DNA of 64,000 nucleotides from Bigelowiella natans CCMP2755 (GCA_000320545.1 ADNK01000436.1:1-64000); one strand, 5' to 3'; positions 1 to 14,278 are shown, numbered from the stretch's first letter. Translations and numbers: made by a program. The notes: generated from the letters alone by a model not told the origin.

Positions 1-298
1 TAAAAAAAAAGGTTTGCCCGTTTTAAGGAGTTAATGGGGGGGGGTGTCTTCGGGAGGGATGAGGAGGATGATGATGAAAATTTGAAGGGGTCCCGGCACC
101 CCCCCTTTTTCGGGGGTTTTTTAAAAAAAATTTTCGCTGGTGGATTTCCTTCCCCCCCCCCGTCCGGGAAAATCTCCGGTTGATCTTCCCCCCTAAAAAT
201 TTTTTTTTTTTCGAAGCCCGGGGGGGGGGGGGGGGGGGGGGGGGGATGAGAAAATGATGGTCATCATCTCGGCAATGAATTTGCTAAGAAATTATTTA

Positions 299-358
299 TC
301 ATGTGACATGACGACTGCTGGCACCACTGACCAACGAAAGATGAAAAGGAAACAAATG

Positions 359-392
<34 letters not shown>

Positions 393-1046
393 CGACAACA
401 ACGGAAACAACGACGATGACCACACCGTTTCTCCCGTGCAGCGATAATCTTTAAGTGCGCTGCATCCTCATGGGAGAGCTGGTTTGGAAGCTTCCCTTTT
501 CCCATCGCGTCGTTGTCGCGAAGCTCCTGCTCAAAGCGCGCCATGTACGCTGATAAACGAATTAATCAGTAAAAATCGCATCATAGCCTATCCCCATCAA
601 AGGATGGCCTCCTCCTCTCTCTTTGCACCCAAAAGACGATGGCAATTGCAGCAGCTTGGAGTCACTCACCGCTGTGCTTGTCGTCCACTCTCCAGTCGTC
701 GCGAATATCTGCCCCCGGGCCCCGAGCGTCTTTGGCAGCCAAATCCGATCTTTGACGTAGGATCAATCATCACAGCAGTTCACAACAATTAACAACAGTC
801 CGCAACAATTAACATTACCCACGTTCCAGCGTCAATATGGACAATGATATTGCAACGTAAAAGAGGGGGTGGGGGGGGGGTGAGGGCAGAAATCGTGGTT
901 TTGCCTCGTTTTCTGTACTGATGGGGGGGAATCTAGCGACAGTGCAAAGCTCCACCCTCATTGGGGGGAGGGGAAGGGTTCGAGGCCGCACGTAATCCTT
1001 TTTGTCTTCTTTTCATACTCATAATGATGTATACGACGTACACATA

Positions 1047-1101
<55 letters not shown>

Positions 1102-1283
1102 AGGGATAATGGAAGGAAGCTACCAACCTGATTATCTGCTGGTCCTTCAAACGCGCCTCCCGCATAAGCTCAGTCTCGTTCAGCTGAGCGCGTAATTCAT
1201 CATCAGTCTCGTGGTTTTTGTCTTGCATTTCGCTGTTGGCGCTCAAGATAATGGTCATGAACACGGTAATAACGACAATGACG

Positions 1284-1318
<35 letters not shown>

Positions 1319-2067
1319 GCGATGAGGTGGTTTAGTTCTTCACGATAGAGCTAATCAAACCTCCGCAGGCATTTCGTATTCCTGGAGCTTCGGTAGCACT
1401 CCCTACAATGCCATGATCAAGTGTACCACAACAGAGTAGGAAGAGAAGAAGAAGAAGAAGAAGAAGAAGAAGAAGAAGAAGCGTGGATAATGGGTGTGTG
1501 TGTGTGTGTGTGCCCTGTCCCCTGCATATGTGCTGTCTCCCCTTGTGCCCGCTTCATGCTGCGGCCGCCCCCCGGCGACTAACTTCATACATTGCAGGAT
1601 ATAATACAGATGCTGCTGCTGATGGTAGTGGTGGTGATGACTAAGAACGATGGCGGCGATGACGACGATGTTGATAGTAACAACATAGCAAGTACCTTTC
1701 GACGTAAAGTGGCTATACGCGATTGAGTGAAATGTGGGGCATCGTCCTCCTAAAAGAAAAAGTTACATCACACAAAGAGGAAAACGTCAGTCTGTTTGAA
1801 TATCTTTTATTCATTTGGAGCAACTGCTCAACGCTCCCTCTCAACGCGGAAAAGAAAGCCCCTGACCGCCTCTGGTCGAGAAGGCGAGGATGAGGTGGAG
1901 GAGGAGGAGGAGCATTGGAAAAAAATCATAACAATTGATGACATTGTAGTGCGGAAAGTATGACTTCTATGATGTGATACAGCCTTGACTATGTTCCAGA
2001 GAAGATCAATTGGCATCTTTGCCATCGATTTTTTACAGATCATTATCTATATCATCCATCAATCATA

Positions 2068-2100
<33 letters not shown>

Positions 2101-2304
2101 TTATACATTTTACCCTGGCTTTTCCCATTTGTTCCCGAGTCATCTCTGTTGCGCGCTCCGCTATATCTTCCCACGCAACATGCTCACTTTGCGCTCGAAA
2201 GGGGGTTCCTCGCAGCACATCGTTCAATACGATGCTCTAATATGCAGAAGACCACGACACATGGCGTGATATACATCATAAAGACGATCAGCGGAGGAGT
2301 AGGG

Positions 2305-2346
<42 letters not shown>

Positions 2347-2349
2347 TAA

Positions 2350-2381
<32 letters not shown>

Positions 2382-3098
2382 AGAAGAAGGAGAAAAAGAG
2401 AAAGCAAAATAATAATCAAAACGACAGTTATTTGTCTGGAAATTTTTGTGTGCAAATGCGGAGACAATATAATCATATCTACATGGCGTCCGGCCGGAGT
2501 CGTTCGATTATCGTCGTGAATTCCGGTTTCCGATAACAATGAGCGTCTTGATGGCGTAATTGATGACCCTCGTGGCGGCATGCTTCTTTGTGGTGTAGTT
2601 CCTCCCGTCCTTGGTAGACGCGGCGATCTAGACGGTGGGGGGGGAGGCCCCCTCTGCCCTGAATCCTTGGGAGAAGGCCTTGATGGCGGACGTGGCTGCT
2701 TTTCGAGAGGAGGCGCTGCCTCGTCACAGAATTGAAATTCAAAATCATTACTCATTTCACTTTCCTCACGACTCGCGCTCCTTGTTGGCGTTGACGAGAG
2801 CTCCCTAGGCTTATTCGGGGGCAGCCGCAGCACCCGCCTCCGCCCTGAGTTAAAAGTCATCAGAATTATGCGATTGGAGAGTGAGAAAAGGAGAGCGCCT
2901 ACCACTGTGGTTTACATCAGGGAGATGACGATGGATCACAAGGATGAAGAGGGAGAGGGAGGCGAGCAGATTTAGCTCAAGCACCGTCCCGCACCGAGAC
3001 CGTCTCTTTTTCTCGGGGCAGAAAAGAAACGTCAGCAGCAGCATCAGGAAGGCGAATATGGAGAGGCTTCCTCCATTGTCGCGCCATCGTCGTTCCAT
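299..3098 (-). CDS. Hypothetical multi-exon protein (Pro/Ser/Arg-rich N-terminus, helical/coiled-coil segments); 3' end probably runs off the window start
   Basis: Exon-like segments bounded by AG/GT: ~2481-2860 (MTFNSGRRRVLRLPP...), ~2112-2240, ~1975-2040 (ICKKSMAKMPIDLLWNIVKAV), ~1125-1245 (SEMQDKNHETDDELRAQLNETELMREARLKDQQ), ~668-750, ~425-545 (ARFEQELRDNDAMGKG). They are separated by microsatellite introns. No family recognised. Confidence 0.5.
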
Positions 3099-3376
3099 TA
3101 TTATCGTCTCACCCCTCCCGCCCCCTTCGCTTCAGCAACACCCTCTTAAAGCATGGGGCCGATCGTTCCGACACCGAAGACTGGGTCCGACGACCAGGGC
3201 CTAAATACGAGTGATTTCTTACGTGCGACAACCGATAATCCTGTCGTACTTCTAAATCGCACTCCGACATCTACTGTCGAATATACGACATGGATTTAGA
3301 GTCGAATATGGTGAGAAATACCATGTATTTTTCCGAATATTTTCAGTCCTGGTTTTGAGGCAGCAAGCATCTTAAC

Positions 3377-4495
3377 ATGCACAGCGGCGCCGAGGCAGCC
3401 CAGGGCCCCGGAAAGATCGAGAGGGGTGATGAAGAGCTGGACGACGAGGGGAAGAGGATGAAAAAGGAGGAGGAAGATGAGGATGAGGATGAGGAAGTAG
3501 AAAATTTAGGCAATCACTTATATTCTTATTGTCCTACCAACAAGTACTTGTACGTCTATGACACTGCAAAACTCAAGAATAAAAGTGCTCGGAAACGAGG
3601 AGCCCACAGAGGTGAGGATTCTTTATGTCAGCTGTCATATTAAAATATGTACTTCCCACCACCTAATTCTATAATGATAAAAATCCAAAGAGTCCCGTGA
3701 TCTCTCCACCTGGCAGAAGACTCTGAAACACTCCGAAACGAAGATCTCCGCCTCAATATCGGCTCTTCTGCGGAACAAAGCGAGAGATAATCCAAAAAGA
3801 AGACTTGAGAAGCTCATTGAAATAAAGCGATGGATGGATCGTACCATAATTGATGCTAGCCGAAAAATTGTTGACGAGAATTACGCTGATTGGACGGGTA
3901 GCGAATCTTACAAGACCCTTAGCATTATTGAAGATAGTTTATGATGTTGGCGGTGCTGTAGTGGTGCTGAGGTGGGTGGTGATGATGATTAATGACTCAA
4001 CGGGGGGGGTTGAGATGGTTGAACCCCACAATAATATTTATTTCTTGCTATTTCATAAGCGCATGCTCAGAAATATGATTCCTTTTCAAAATGTCAATAT
4101 GCGCTTCGAGGACACAGAAGAGTCTTGGATTATTTCTTTTCTTATCTAATATGTGTTTCCAGGTGTCGGGACGTCCATGCCAGCGGACGAGCGCAAGTTT
4201 AAGCCGATAAATTGTGGAGGCAGAGCAGGGGGAACGAAATGTCGCATGAATTATTACAAATGTTTATAAGATGCATGGAGTTAGAAAGCACAGATGAATG
4301 TCATAGAGAATAATTTCTAGCTGCATATCATTAACATTTAGAAGGGTGTCCATGCTTATTGAACCGTCCGTCAATATATTTGATATTCCACTGACTCTTT
4401 TCACATTTAGAAGCGACATAAGCTCTTTTGGTTTCTTTCTTCTTCATTTTTTTAAAACCTTTTTTCTAGTATTCTTGAATTCGTGCGTTCGTTAT

Positions 4496-4544
<49 letters not shown>

Positions 4545-4791
4545 TCTCTCTCCCTCTCTCTTTGTGTGTGTGTGTGTGTGTGTTTGCCAGTTATGCATGA
4601 AGGACTAGTATTCAAGCTCGCAACCGACCCCAAGATAGAGGTATGTGGGCGACCTACAAATGCTATTTCAAGGCGTTTTGCCTTTCCCTTCGCATGATTA
4701 TCGTTCCTAAAATGCAGCGCACTCTCCGTTCCTACTACTTTCATCATCCACATCATTCACATCATCACGAGCACCTAGTCATTACTATCAC

Positions 4792-4823
<32 letters not shown>

Positions 4824-5523
4824 TACATTCGAACGTGTGGTGAGTGTGTCTCACCTCTACACTGAGCAGGGTCGATATTTATATGGCGGTGAGACGGCAG
4901 ACCTTTCCCTTGCAGCTAAAGGAGCGCGAGGAGAGCTGCATGGATCGAATTCCTTCTTCCAGGTAGCGTGTGCGAACAGAAGGAAGGATGCAATGATCTC
5001 TATTAGCAGCTTGGTTGTCGTCGTCATTGGCATTGAAAATTGCTGTTTTTTGCAGTTTTTCCTCGAGAAGGAAATTCCCATCCAAGTGCCATTGCAGACA
5101 GTGATTGATTACCGTGGCTTCCGTAATAACTTAAGTCATCGTTAGCAATAGCAGTAGTAGCAGTGGTAGCAGTAATAGAAACTCGTTCTTATTGTAATAT
5201 TGCCATCATCTTCATCATCTTCATCATCATCATCATCATCAATCAACCATTGCCAACCATCAACCAGGTCTTGTGGCAATGCCCGTCTTTCCTATTCAGC
5301 GCGGCCAAACTCTCGTATACGGATCCGAAGATGCAGGGGCGACGGTGAGAAACTCCGACTCGGAATTCGAGAAATGGATGGCGCAGGCGGCCAGGAGATT
5401 CAGCCTAGCACGCCATAATGTCCATGGCAAGATGCTCTACACTGGGGGGGACGTGGAGGGGCATCGAGTTCTTGACGAGGATGGGAAGAACCAATATTGT
5501 GAGAGAGGAAGAATGATAATGAC

Positions 5524-5557
<34 letters not shown>

Positions 5558-5623
5558 CTGAAGAAGCAACTTGGAACTAATTTATGGATGGTGATTCTAC
5601 ACGCCTTGGAGGCTGGGAAATAA

Positions 5624-5666
<43 letters not shown>

Positions 5667-5686
5667 TTGTTCGTGGTAATTGCAAC

Positions 5687-5739
<53 letters not shown>

Positions 5740-8700
5740 TGTGTGTGTTCTACATACAACTTCATACCTTTATTGCAAGAAACATCATCATCATCATCAT
5801 CATCATCATCATAGCGACCTGTTCCATCATTAGATATGATTGATCTCGCTCGCTGGGCGCCCCCCGAGGACCCCCGCGAAACAGGCCATCTAGGCTACAA
5901 GAGCAGCTCGATATTCTTCCGGCTCCTCCGCCCTGAGTTCCTCCAGAGCCTCGCGATCATGAGCGGCGGAGGAGGAGGTGGAGGAGGAGGAGGAGGAGGA
6001 GGAGGCGGCGGCAACAGCGACATGACCCCTCTCAGCTCCGACACTCTCTCAGGATGGGGCCTCCATCAGAACCCTGTGCACGGAAGGCGCCTCCGCGCCG
6101 CAACACGGTTCCTGTGCACGAGGGTTGTGGCGATGGTGGTGAAGTACCTGAACAGCATCGCAGGCCGACTCCGCTACCGCAGCTCAGTGCCCAGAGACCT
6201 GGCCGATGCGAGTCAGCTGCATTGGCCCGACACGGTGCTCATCTGCGGCGCTCTGCACAGGTTCGGCCTGCCCATGCGCCATCTGGGGCTGATATGGCGG
6301 CACGAGGACCTCAAGGACTTCTTCCTCAGGCAGCGAGTGCTAGCGGAAATCCTTTGCCGCGCCCACAAACACTACCTTAGGAAGCACGTTCTCCGAAAGA
6401 CGACCCTCCCGAATCTTCCCGCCGCATTAGCATCCTACATGCGCTGCGTGTGTGGCTCTGAGCCGGAGAAGGCCCGGGCGTTCTGGGATCAGATCGGAAT
6501 GGATGTCTTTGAGAGCTTCGGCGTCTCGAAGTTCCTCATCACCGACGAAGATTGGACTGATTTGATTTCAATGGTAGATGAAGAAGAGGAAGAAGAAGCA
6601 GGAGGAGGAGGAGGAGGAGGCAATGATAGAAAACAAGATGCCGATGGGGACAGCGGTGAAGGAGTTGACGTCGCAGCATCAGAGAAGGATAATATCATTC
6701 AGCTCTCTGACATCAAACGCCCAGCAAGAGACATCATCGAGCGGCTCTATGTGAGAGAAATGCGCCAGCAGCGAGAAAGAGGAAGAGGAGGAGGAGGAGG
6801 AGGAGGAGGAGGGGAGAGAAGCTTGAATTCAGATGATGTAGTTAAAGGAGTTGAGATTGGATGGCTGCGGGGCAAGATGCAAGCAGCTAGAAGGATTAGA
6901 GACGAGAGGAGCCTGACAATGACAGTGATGCGTCGCAACTCATTTGAGGCCAAAGTACGGGGGAGGGCTCTTCTCAGAGAGGCAAAGAAGCGCAGTGTTG
7001 TCATGGAAATACGTGATCTAATAGAAAACGACCTTACTTCCGGTGCGGTGTTCAGAAAGATCTGCTCAAAGCTTGGTTTAGACCCGAAAACTTCTGAGGA
7101 GCATATAAGATCCAAGTTCTGGTGCATACACCTGCTTCGCTACGGCCATCCTGCAAGATTTAGATGGTGGTGGGACGAGGGGGAGGAGGAGCAGGAGAAG
7201 ATGACGACGAAAGGCGTCAATCATCATGCAGCACCACTCATTCTTCTTCCAGGCCAGACCGAAACGCGCAGGCACTTAGCTCTGGTACTTCGATACGCCT
7301 TCGCATGCTCGGGGATCGAGACCTCCTCCATGAGGCGAAAGGGATCCTGGATGAACCGACTCTTGGCATGGACGCGTACAGACAAAATCCCGGGCTTCCA
7401 GTCACCACCTGCTGAAAAACTGCTGCTCGCCGAAGGGGGGGGAGGAGGGGGGGGGGGCGATGGTTCGGGGGAGGCGCTCATTGGCCAGGTGGTGCGTGTC
7501 AAGCATGCCGACATCGTCGAGTGGGCAGAAATGAAGCTAAACATCGAGGCTGCTAGGCTGCTGTTGCCGCCAGCACAAAAGGAGCTGGGGAAGGAAGAGG
7601 AGGGGGGGGGCGGAAAGGGAGGGGAGGTTGGACGGGGGAAGGAGAGCAAATGGAAGCTGTGTTGGGATGCCGTGTGTAAAGAGCAACACATCGCCCGCGC
7701 CCTAGAGAGGCTGCAGCGGCTCGAAGTCTCCGGAGGAGCCCCTGCAACGGAAGAAATGAAAGATTTGTCCATAATGCTTCGGAACCTACATCACTTGGGC
7801 CAGCAGCCATGGCTGCACACGGGGAAGAAGCGCGAAGGCGGTGGCGACATCGCGTATAGGATCGCAACCCTCTTATCTCTTTTCATTCGCTGGAGGGAAA
7901 AAGAAGTGAGGAGGGAGCGGGGGGGGGGGGTATGAGAAGAAAGATAAGGAGGAGGAGGAGGAAGGAGGAGGAGATGTCGAAGAGAGAGAACAAGATGATA
8001 AAGAGGAGGAGGAGCATGCTTCATCGTCATCATCATCATCATCATCATCAAACTCAGTGGTAGACAAGCACTTGGCGTCGATCTCCCGTGATCTTATGAA
8101 GAGGTTCATTATTGGGCTATGCCCCCTCCTAGACAGATTAGACCTTGATTCCTGCTCGCAGCTCTCCCACCGCCACCACCCACGCGGCTTAGAACTCCTC
8201 CACAATCTCCGCTACCTCGCTCTCTCAAACACCGGTATCACGGCGCTCCCATCGAGCGCCATCAAAGGGCTCGGTGGAAAGCTTGAGAGGCTGGAGGTGA
8301 TGCACTGCGAGGAGCTGCGCGCATTGCCAGAGAACATCGGGCAGCTACAAGCGCTCCGAGTTCTCAACTTGGACGCTTGCCAACTGACAAGCATACCCGA
8401 CTCCGTGAGCGGAATGAAATCCCTGCAGCAGCTAGCCCTCGGCTACAACCGCATCCAGTCCCTTCCCGAAACGATCGGTGAGATGAAGAGCCTCGAGCTC
8501 CTCGAGGTTCAGCAAAACCGCCTCCAAAGTCTCCCGAAATCCCTGGGCAAGCTTTCGCAGCTGAAGATTTTGTGGGCGTCTGAGAACAAGTTGAGATCCC
8601 TCCCTAGTGAGGTAGGAAAGCTGGGGCTGCTCACCGACGTGGACTTGGTTCATCTTTAGTAGTAGTAGTAGTAGTAGTAGTCTTAGTTGTGTGATATCGT

Positions 8701-9623
8701 GGCATTAGTAGCAGCAGCGTTGGAAGATTGGATGATGATGATGATGATGGTTGTGATAGTGATGAATGACGGGGTTAGGTGACGAGCAGAAGCGGGATGC
8801 GAAGAGAATAGTTTTCGCGTTGTTGCTTGAAATTGGTCTTCAACGCTCATTTTCTCCTCCTCCTCCTCCTCCTCCCTCCCCGACCATATTCCTTCCTCGC
8901 TGCTAGCAACAAAATCAAATTTCAAGTCTCCCCACGGACATCATAAGCCTGACATCCCTAGAGTCCCTTCAGGTAGAAGTAGTAGTAGTAGTAGTAGTAG
9001 TGGTAGTAGTAGACTGTTGGTGGTACCTGAGCGATGCTGTAGCACATTCCTCTCGGAATGCATTCCCACCCCAACAGCATGCATTGTTGTGGTTTGTGAT
9101 GATGCCTTGCCTGCTCTGTTGCGTTCGATAGATATCAAAGAACAACCTGCGAAGCTTACCGAAGAACATTGGGGGGCTGAAGAAGCTCAAGTACCTGCGA
9201 GCCGTAAAGAACCAGCTTGTGGACGTTCCCGCGACGATAGCAGAGCTGCAGCATCTGGAGACCCTTTGGCTAAGTGAAAACTTGCTTGAATCTGTTCCGA
9301 CTCACATCGCATCTCTTAAAAGGCTGAGGAACCTGCGCTTGTGCTCGAATTCCTCTCTGAAGCGTGTCCCTTTCGATAGCATCGCGCAGCTTCCGTCTCT
9401 GAGAGAAATAACGTTGGACGAGCCTCACCACAGCGAATTTGCGGATGCCCTGCGACGCACAGAGCCGTTGAAAACTATAGAAAAGACCGCCGAGAGCAGC
9501 AGCAGCGGCGGCAGGCTGCGTCTCTTGGTTCTCAGCGAGGATAGCAAAGATGCTAAGACTCCTGAGATACCGACCGATATTCACATGCATGCATCCTACG
9601 AGGCAGGAGATCACGCGGAGTAG
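3377..9623 (+). CDS. CLU central (Clu) domain protein with C-terminal leucine-rich repeats; multi-exon
   Basis: Spliced reading gives KFKPINCGGRAGGTK-FMHEGLVFKLATD-GRYLYGG..AAKGARGELHG-VPLQTVIDYRGFRLVAMP..LVYGSEDAG..LYTGGDVEGH..YYMIDLARWAPPE..FRLLRPEF, which are the CLU-central motifs. Exons at 8057-8646, ~8908-8972 and ~9132-9623 give canonical LxxLxLxxNxLxxLP repeats. The GT-AG junctions checked are in phase. Start codon uncertain (3290 or 3377). Confidence 0.85.
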
Positions 9624-10154
9624 AAATGTGCAGCATGAACATGATTGAAGAAGAATGATTAGCATCCGATTCCTGACTGTTATTCGTCCGCCGTTTGGAT
9701 TCATGAGAGGAACATGGCTGTGGTGCGATCCAATAGGGCGCGCTGCGGCGTCGCGTTTTAACTTAGTAAACGACAAATAGCTAGCAAGCTGTCTATCATG
9801 TGTTGGTCATGCTCGCTTCGTACATGGTGGTAGCTAACGTTGTGCTTCGAATTTGCGATCGGCATGCACAGCACAATGTCCATTGCTGGCACCAGATATC
9901 GAAGAAAGAGCGAGGCCCTCTAGCCCTGTAGACATGGCATCCTAGCATCCAAAACGATTATGCTTTTCACGTGTGCTAGTGCTTACATACGCATGGATGC
10001 AACCAAGCAAGGCCAGCTATTGTCTCGAGAATTTAATAGTTTATGACACGGCAGCAGCTACATGACATAAACTATAGCAAGATGCGATACACACAGTCAT
10101 CTTCTCGCTGCCGGGGTTCGATCAGTGTTCTATACGACGTACTTCCTGTTTACT

Positions 10155-12095
10155 TCAGCTGGTGGTGCTACTCGCAATAGAGCTCCGAAGGGGCTTTCGT
10201 GGCACAGCAATTGGCCTCTTCTTGTGCCTCTGTCCTCGAATCTGGTTTTCAGCTGAGAATCGCTTCCTAGTTACTTTTCTTGCAATGGATTCGTCATCGT
10301 TAGGTGCGGGTGGCGATAGCTGGAACGATGAAGAAATCCGACAACAAGCAGCAGCAGTAGGATACACATTGCGTCTGCCATTTCCAACGCTGCTAGTCCT
10401 TTCGCAATTTCTCTTTCCATCGAAAAGGCTGCCGATAACCTCATTATCTATCTGTACAGGGTCGTTGTCTATATTTTTGGAAGCATTAGCGCCACCTTCA
10501 TTGTAGACGATATTATCATTATCAAGAATGCGCTCCCGCCTACTTCCCCTTTTCCTCGTGGTGCTAATAGCGGTCGCTACCCTTCTACTTTTCTGGCAAC
10601 AAGCTCCTTCCATAACCGATATTCTCGGTGCTGTCGAATTTGCATCATCACGTAACGATTCCACAGCTGCTTTGCTACCATTAGGTACATTGGCAGCTGC
10701 CAAACTCTTGTGTATTTGCTTGATGTTGGCGTGCACACTGCTGCTGCTGCTGCTGAAGCTGTCTTGATTCTTATGGCACTTCGTGAGCTGATTATTACAG
10801 TCAAATGATATACTGGAGTTCCTCTTCTGTTGTTATTGCTGCTGCTTCTGGAGCATCAAGAGCTGCTGGTTTCGCTTGTACGAGACAGGAATTTGCACCC
10901 AAACAGACTCGCCTTCGAAATGGACAAGTCGGACCTCTTTCGTTTCCGGTAGTTTTGCTACGTCTTTCTCTTCCAACCCCAGGTACTTTGCTAGAATCAA
11001 CACCCACAGCTGCTGCCTCCCCCTCTCAGTGATAAACATCTCCCGATGATGGTGTAGCCCGCCTTTTCTACTCCATGCTGCCTGTTCGCTCCCCCCGCAG
11101 AGCTTCACCCGCCGTAATGCCGTAGAGACGTTTGCCCGCCGACTCGCCGCAAGGCCGGCAAAATCGAACCTGGTGCCAAGAGGTGAAGAGGTGGAAAGGG
11201 GAAGAGGGAAGAGGGGGGCATGAAGTTGGGTACCAGGGTATCGAGTAGCATCTTTTTGTTCGTAGTTTCTCGCAAGTATGATTGGAGTAAAGTGTATGAA
11301 TAAGAAAGGCAGTGACGCTAATAGTAATATCGCAGTACCTCCACTGCTACCCCGCGAAATTTGTGATGATATTCTAGACTTAACCCAAACATGACTTAAG
11401 GCTAGGTCACAGGACTATTCTATGCATGCAAGCCTCTTAAATTGTTAACATTCCATTATTAATTTGTGTTTATGCGCATGTGTTTGTGCTTTCCGTACAT
11501 AGCCAAGCTGCCGCAGCTCGCATTAAACGATAGCATAGGAGAGTCCAGCCCAGAAAGCGGAATGAAGGAGCGAGATCGAATGAGGGTCTCATAATGAGCT
11601 CTATCCCCTGGATACAGAACGTATAAATCCTCAAGGTACGGAAAGCGGTCCCCGCTTCGTCGCGATATCTTCACGCGCAGCATGTCCACCTAGCGGCGTG
11701 AAAATTAGCAGGGCCTCAGATTGATTATGGCAGGATAGTGTGGTGATGATGACGAAGAGATATTGGAAACTAAGCCGTGAGTTTGCTGAAAGCGCGGGGG
11801 GCAAGACGACCTGAATCTCATCTGAGGTAAAGGTGACACGTTTGTGTTGATTGTTGCGAACAGGCGTCATCCTGAAGACCAATCCTGCTCCTTTTCTCGG
11901 GGTTGCACGTTTGATTAGGCACCATCTTAACATTGACAAAGACCAAAAACAAATCAGCACTGAGGGAGATAAGACAAGTTGTGGTTCATGCGCGTTGCTA
12001 GGCAGTAATAACCTCCCAATCACGACATTTCGATCGTCAAGAAAACGAACATGCCTCTTGCACAGTTGGCCCCTGCCCCTCCGCTCGGACGACAT
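10155..12095 (-). CDS. Hypothetical multi-exon protein
   Basis: Exon-like segments MSSERRGRGQLCKRHVRFLDDRNVVIGR / WCLIKRATPRK..TSDEIQ / VDMLRVKISRRSGDRFPYLEDLYVLYPG.. / FDFAGLAASRR..LPETKE, plus a long 3' ORF (10155-10736). Splice signals present; no homology recognised. Confidence 0.5.
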
Positions 12096-12200
12096 TGCGG
12101 TGGTGCTCACCCCCTCAGCGATGCACGAGGCGCACAGCGACTCCTTGATCCTCTTCGGGGAGCGAAAGCTCGACGAGGAGGAGGATGCCCAAGTAGTTAG

Positions 12201-12232
12201 AGGTGCGACAACGTTTAGTTGTTGTCGCACCT
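12201..12232. promoter_or_regulatory. Perfect 12-bp inverted repeat containing CGACA-N12-TGTCG
   Basis: aggtgcgacaac-gtttagtt-gttgtcgcacct, about 110 bp upstream of the ATG at 12095. Confidence 0.6.
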
Positions 12233-13075
12233 GAAAATGCCTTATTTTCCTTCCAGAAGGACGGACGCTGATGAGGTGATTCTCTTCCGAGAAGGGATGA
12301 CTAAAAATAATTTGGCGGCTCGCAATGGCTCCCCCTCCGGGGCCTCCGTCCTGCCCTCCTGATTGGGATTTCGAGCCCAAGATGGGATTTTTCGCGATAA
12401 CGTTAAAGACGCCCCCCCTCTTGGTTGATGTGCTAGGCCGAGACGTTGTTTGCCAACGTCCGGCATGACACATGGTAGCAAATTAGAGAAAATGGCCTGC
12501 TTTTCAAAATTTCACTGCACAATTGTTAGGTGGATGTCAGGAGCCGAGCTACTCAGGCGCCTGTGCGATTCTCACGAAGACATGTCCCTGATGCACCTTT
12601 TGTTCTCCTGCCAAGGAACGTGCGACATCAGAGACCGTTTTTGGACCAGGATTCGTCACCTGGTGTCTCGTCATCAACCTGATGCCAATGATGAGCGTGG
12701 TCACGTTGCGTGCTTTCTCTGCCATGTCTTCCCATGACAAGTTTTGCCTCGCTTTGGGGGCCACATCTGGTGTCCCTTCGACTGACAAAGAAATCGACAG
12801 GGCTTTCCGTCGAACCATTGTCTTGCTTGACACTTTTGCTGCGGTTCGGCATCCAAGATGCCAGCTTCAGTTCCAATTAATTCACATCTCAACGGCACCA
12901 TCAATCGGCATGCATGCCAATTTCAGGGGATGCGGCTGATTTTTTGTGTCCCTCACCAACAGGGTGCTGACAAGTCCTTGCAACGAGTGTTGTTGAGGCT
13001 CTGCTGCGTGCAAATGCCTGTCTCCCATGTGGTTCTGGCGCACGCAGTTTTGATCAACGCTTTCTTCATTGTTCA

Positions 13076-13735
13076 TTGTTCATTGCGCCTTCGACATCGT
13101 CAGGGGACAGCAGCGATGTTCGCAATGATGCTCCTAAAACCGATGTGAAAACTGAAATCGACGATCATGGCAGCGGGAAAAAGCCAAAGGAATTCGGGGA
13201 CATCGAGGATGTGAGCGACGAGTTGCTCCGGTCAAGGGAACCCATCATGGATCCCGAGACAGGACCACCTCCACCACCTGCTGGGATTCCACCACCACCT
13301 GCTGGAATTTCACCATCATCTACTGGAGGTCAATCTACGAACAAGGCACAGGACACAAAAGAAGAATCGTCTAATCCACCTCCAGCATGCAAGTTTAGGG
13401 ATGCAGATGGACTTTTCTGGTCACAAAGCATTGTCAATGGACGTTTAACAAAGGATGCCGTGTCTGAATCTGATGAAGGTGAGGGAGAGGTCACATTCAT
13501 GGAAATGGACGCGGAAGGGAATGGAGAAGTTTTGATGACAGATGACATCACAGAGCATGCTGTCCCGCTCAAAAAGGCTAGGAAAATTGTTCCTAAATTG
13601 CGAGCACTTGCAAATTGCACTGGCGGAGTGACAAAATTCACAGTGTGCACAGATGAATTTCCGGGTCTCTTATGCTCTAAATTTGGAGCTCAATGCACAA
13701 ACTTGTCGTTAGAAATTGGTGAAGAATGTGCGTGA
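13076..13735 (+). pseudogene. 219-codon Tyr-free ORF remnant within the TpA-depleted island
   Basis: Protein-like composition (acidic, PPPPAGI repeats) with zero Tyr and 6 Cys; downstream continuation is interrupted by stops. Confidence 0.45.
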
Positions 13736-14278
13736 CGACGCTCTTTTGCTTCATCACATTGCAAATGTGTGTGACGAACGAATAGTGTGTCATTATGGAG
13801 TCATGAGCAGAAAATCAAAGGATTGATGACATGATAAATGTTGTAGATGGGGCAGGACGGAAGCAAGGAATGGTGAAATTGCATGGGCCGAAATCTTGAT
13901 CTAGAATACATAAAAACATTCCTACAAGAAAAACATACATGTTTGCACATTGGTGATTGATGCCGCACGTGCAGCATGATGGCCTAGTTCGGAAAAAGAC
14001 GTGCGCGTGTGGCATGTTAGCTTTCCTTTTCCAAGGAGCTTTCATGCTAGCATGGGGGATGCGTTGACTTTCAAAAGTGCAGAGATAAGACAGAATCTCT
14101 GCGTCTGTGGTTCGTTGCAATTGGTCGAGTTCACCCATCATCATAAATCAGGAGGAATTGGTGGGAAAAGTTGTGATTATGCAGTGACACTAAGCACTCT
14201 TCTCTTTCAAGCTTGGAGATGTTGTCTCAAGGTTTCCAATGGAGCGTAAAATGTGATGTGTGCACACCGCGAGCACAT

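Noticed and set aside
1-250. Homopolymer-rich stretch resembling a telomeric/G-quadruplex element
   Set aside because: No regular repeat unit; inflated runs of all four bases look like low-quality consensus at a contig edge.
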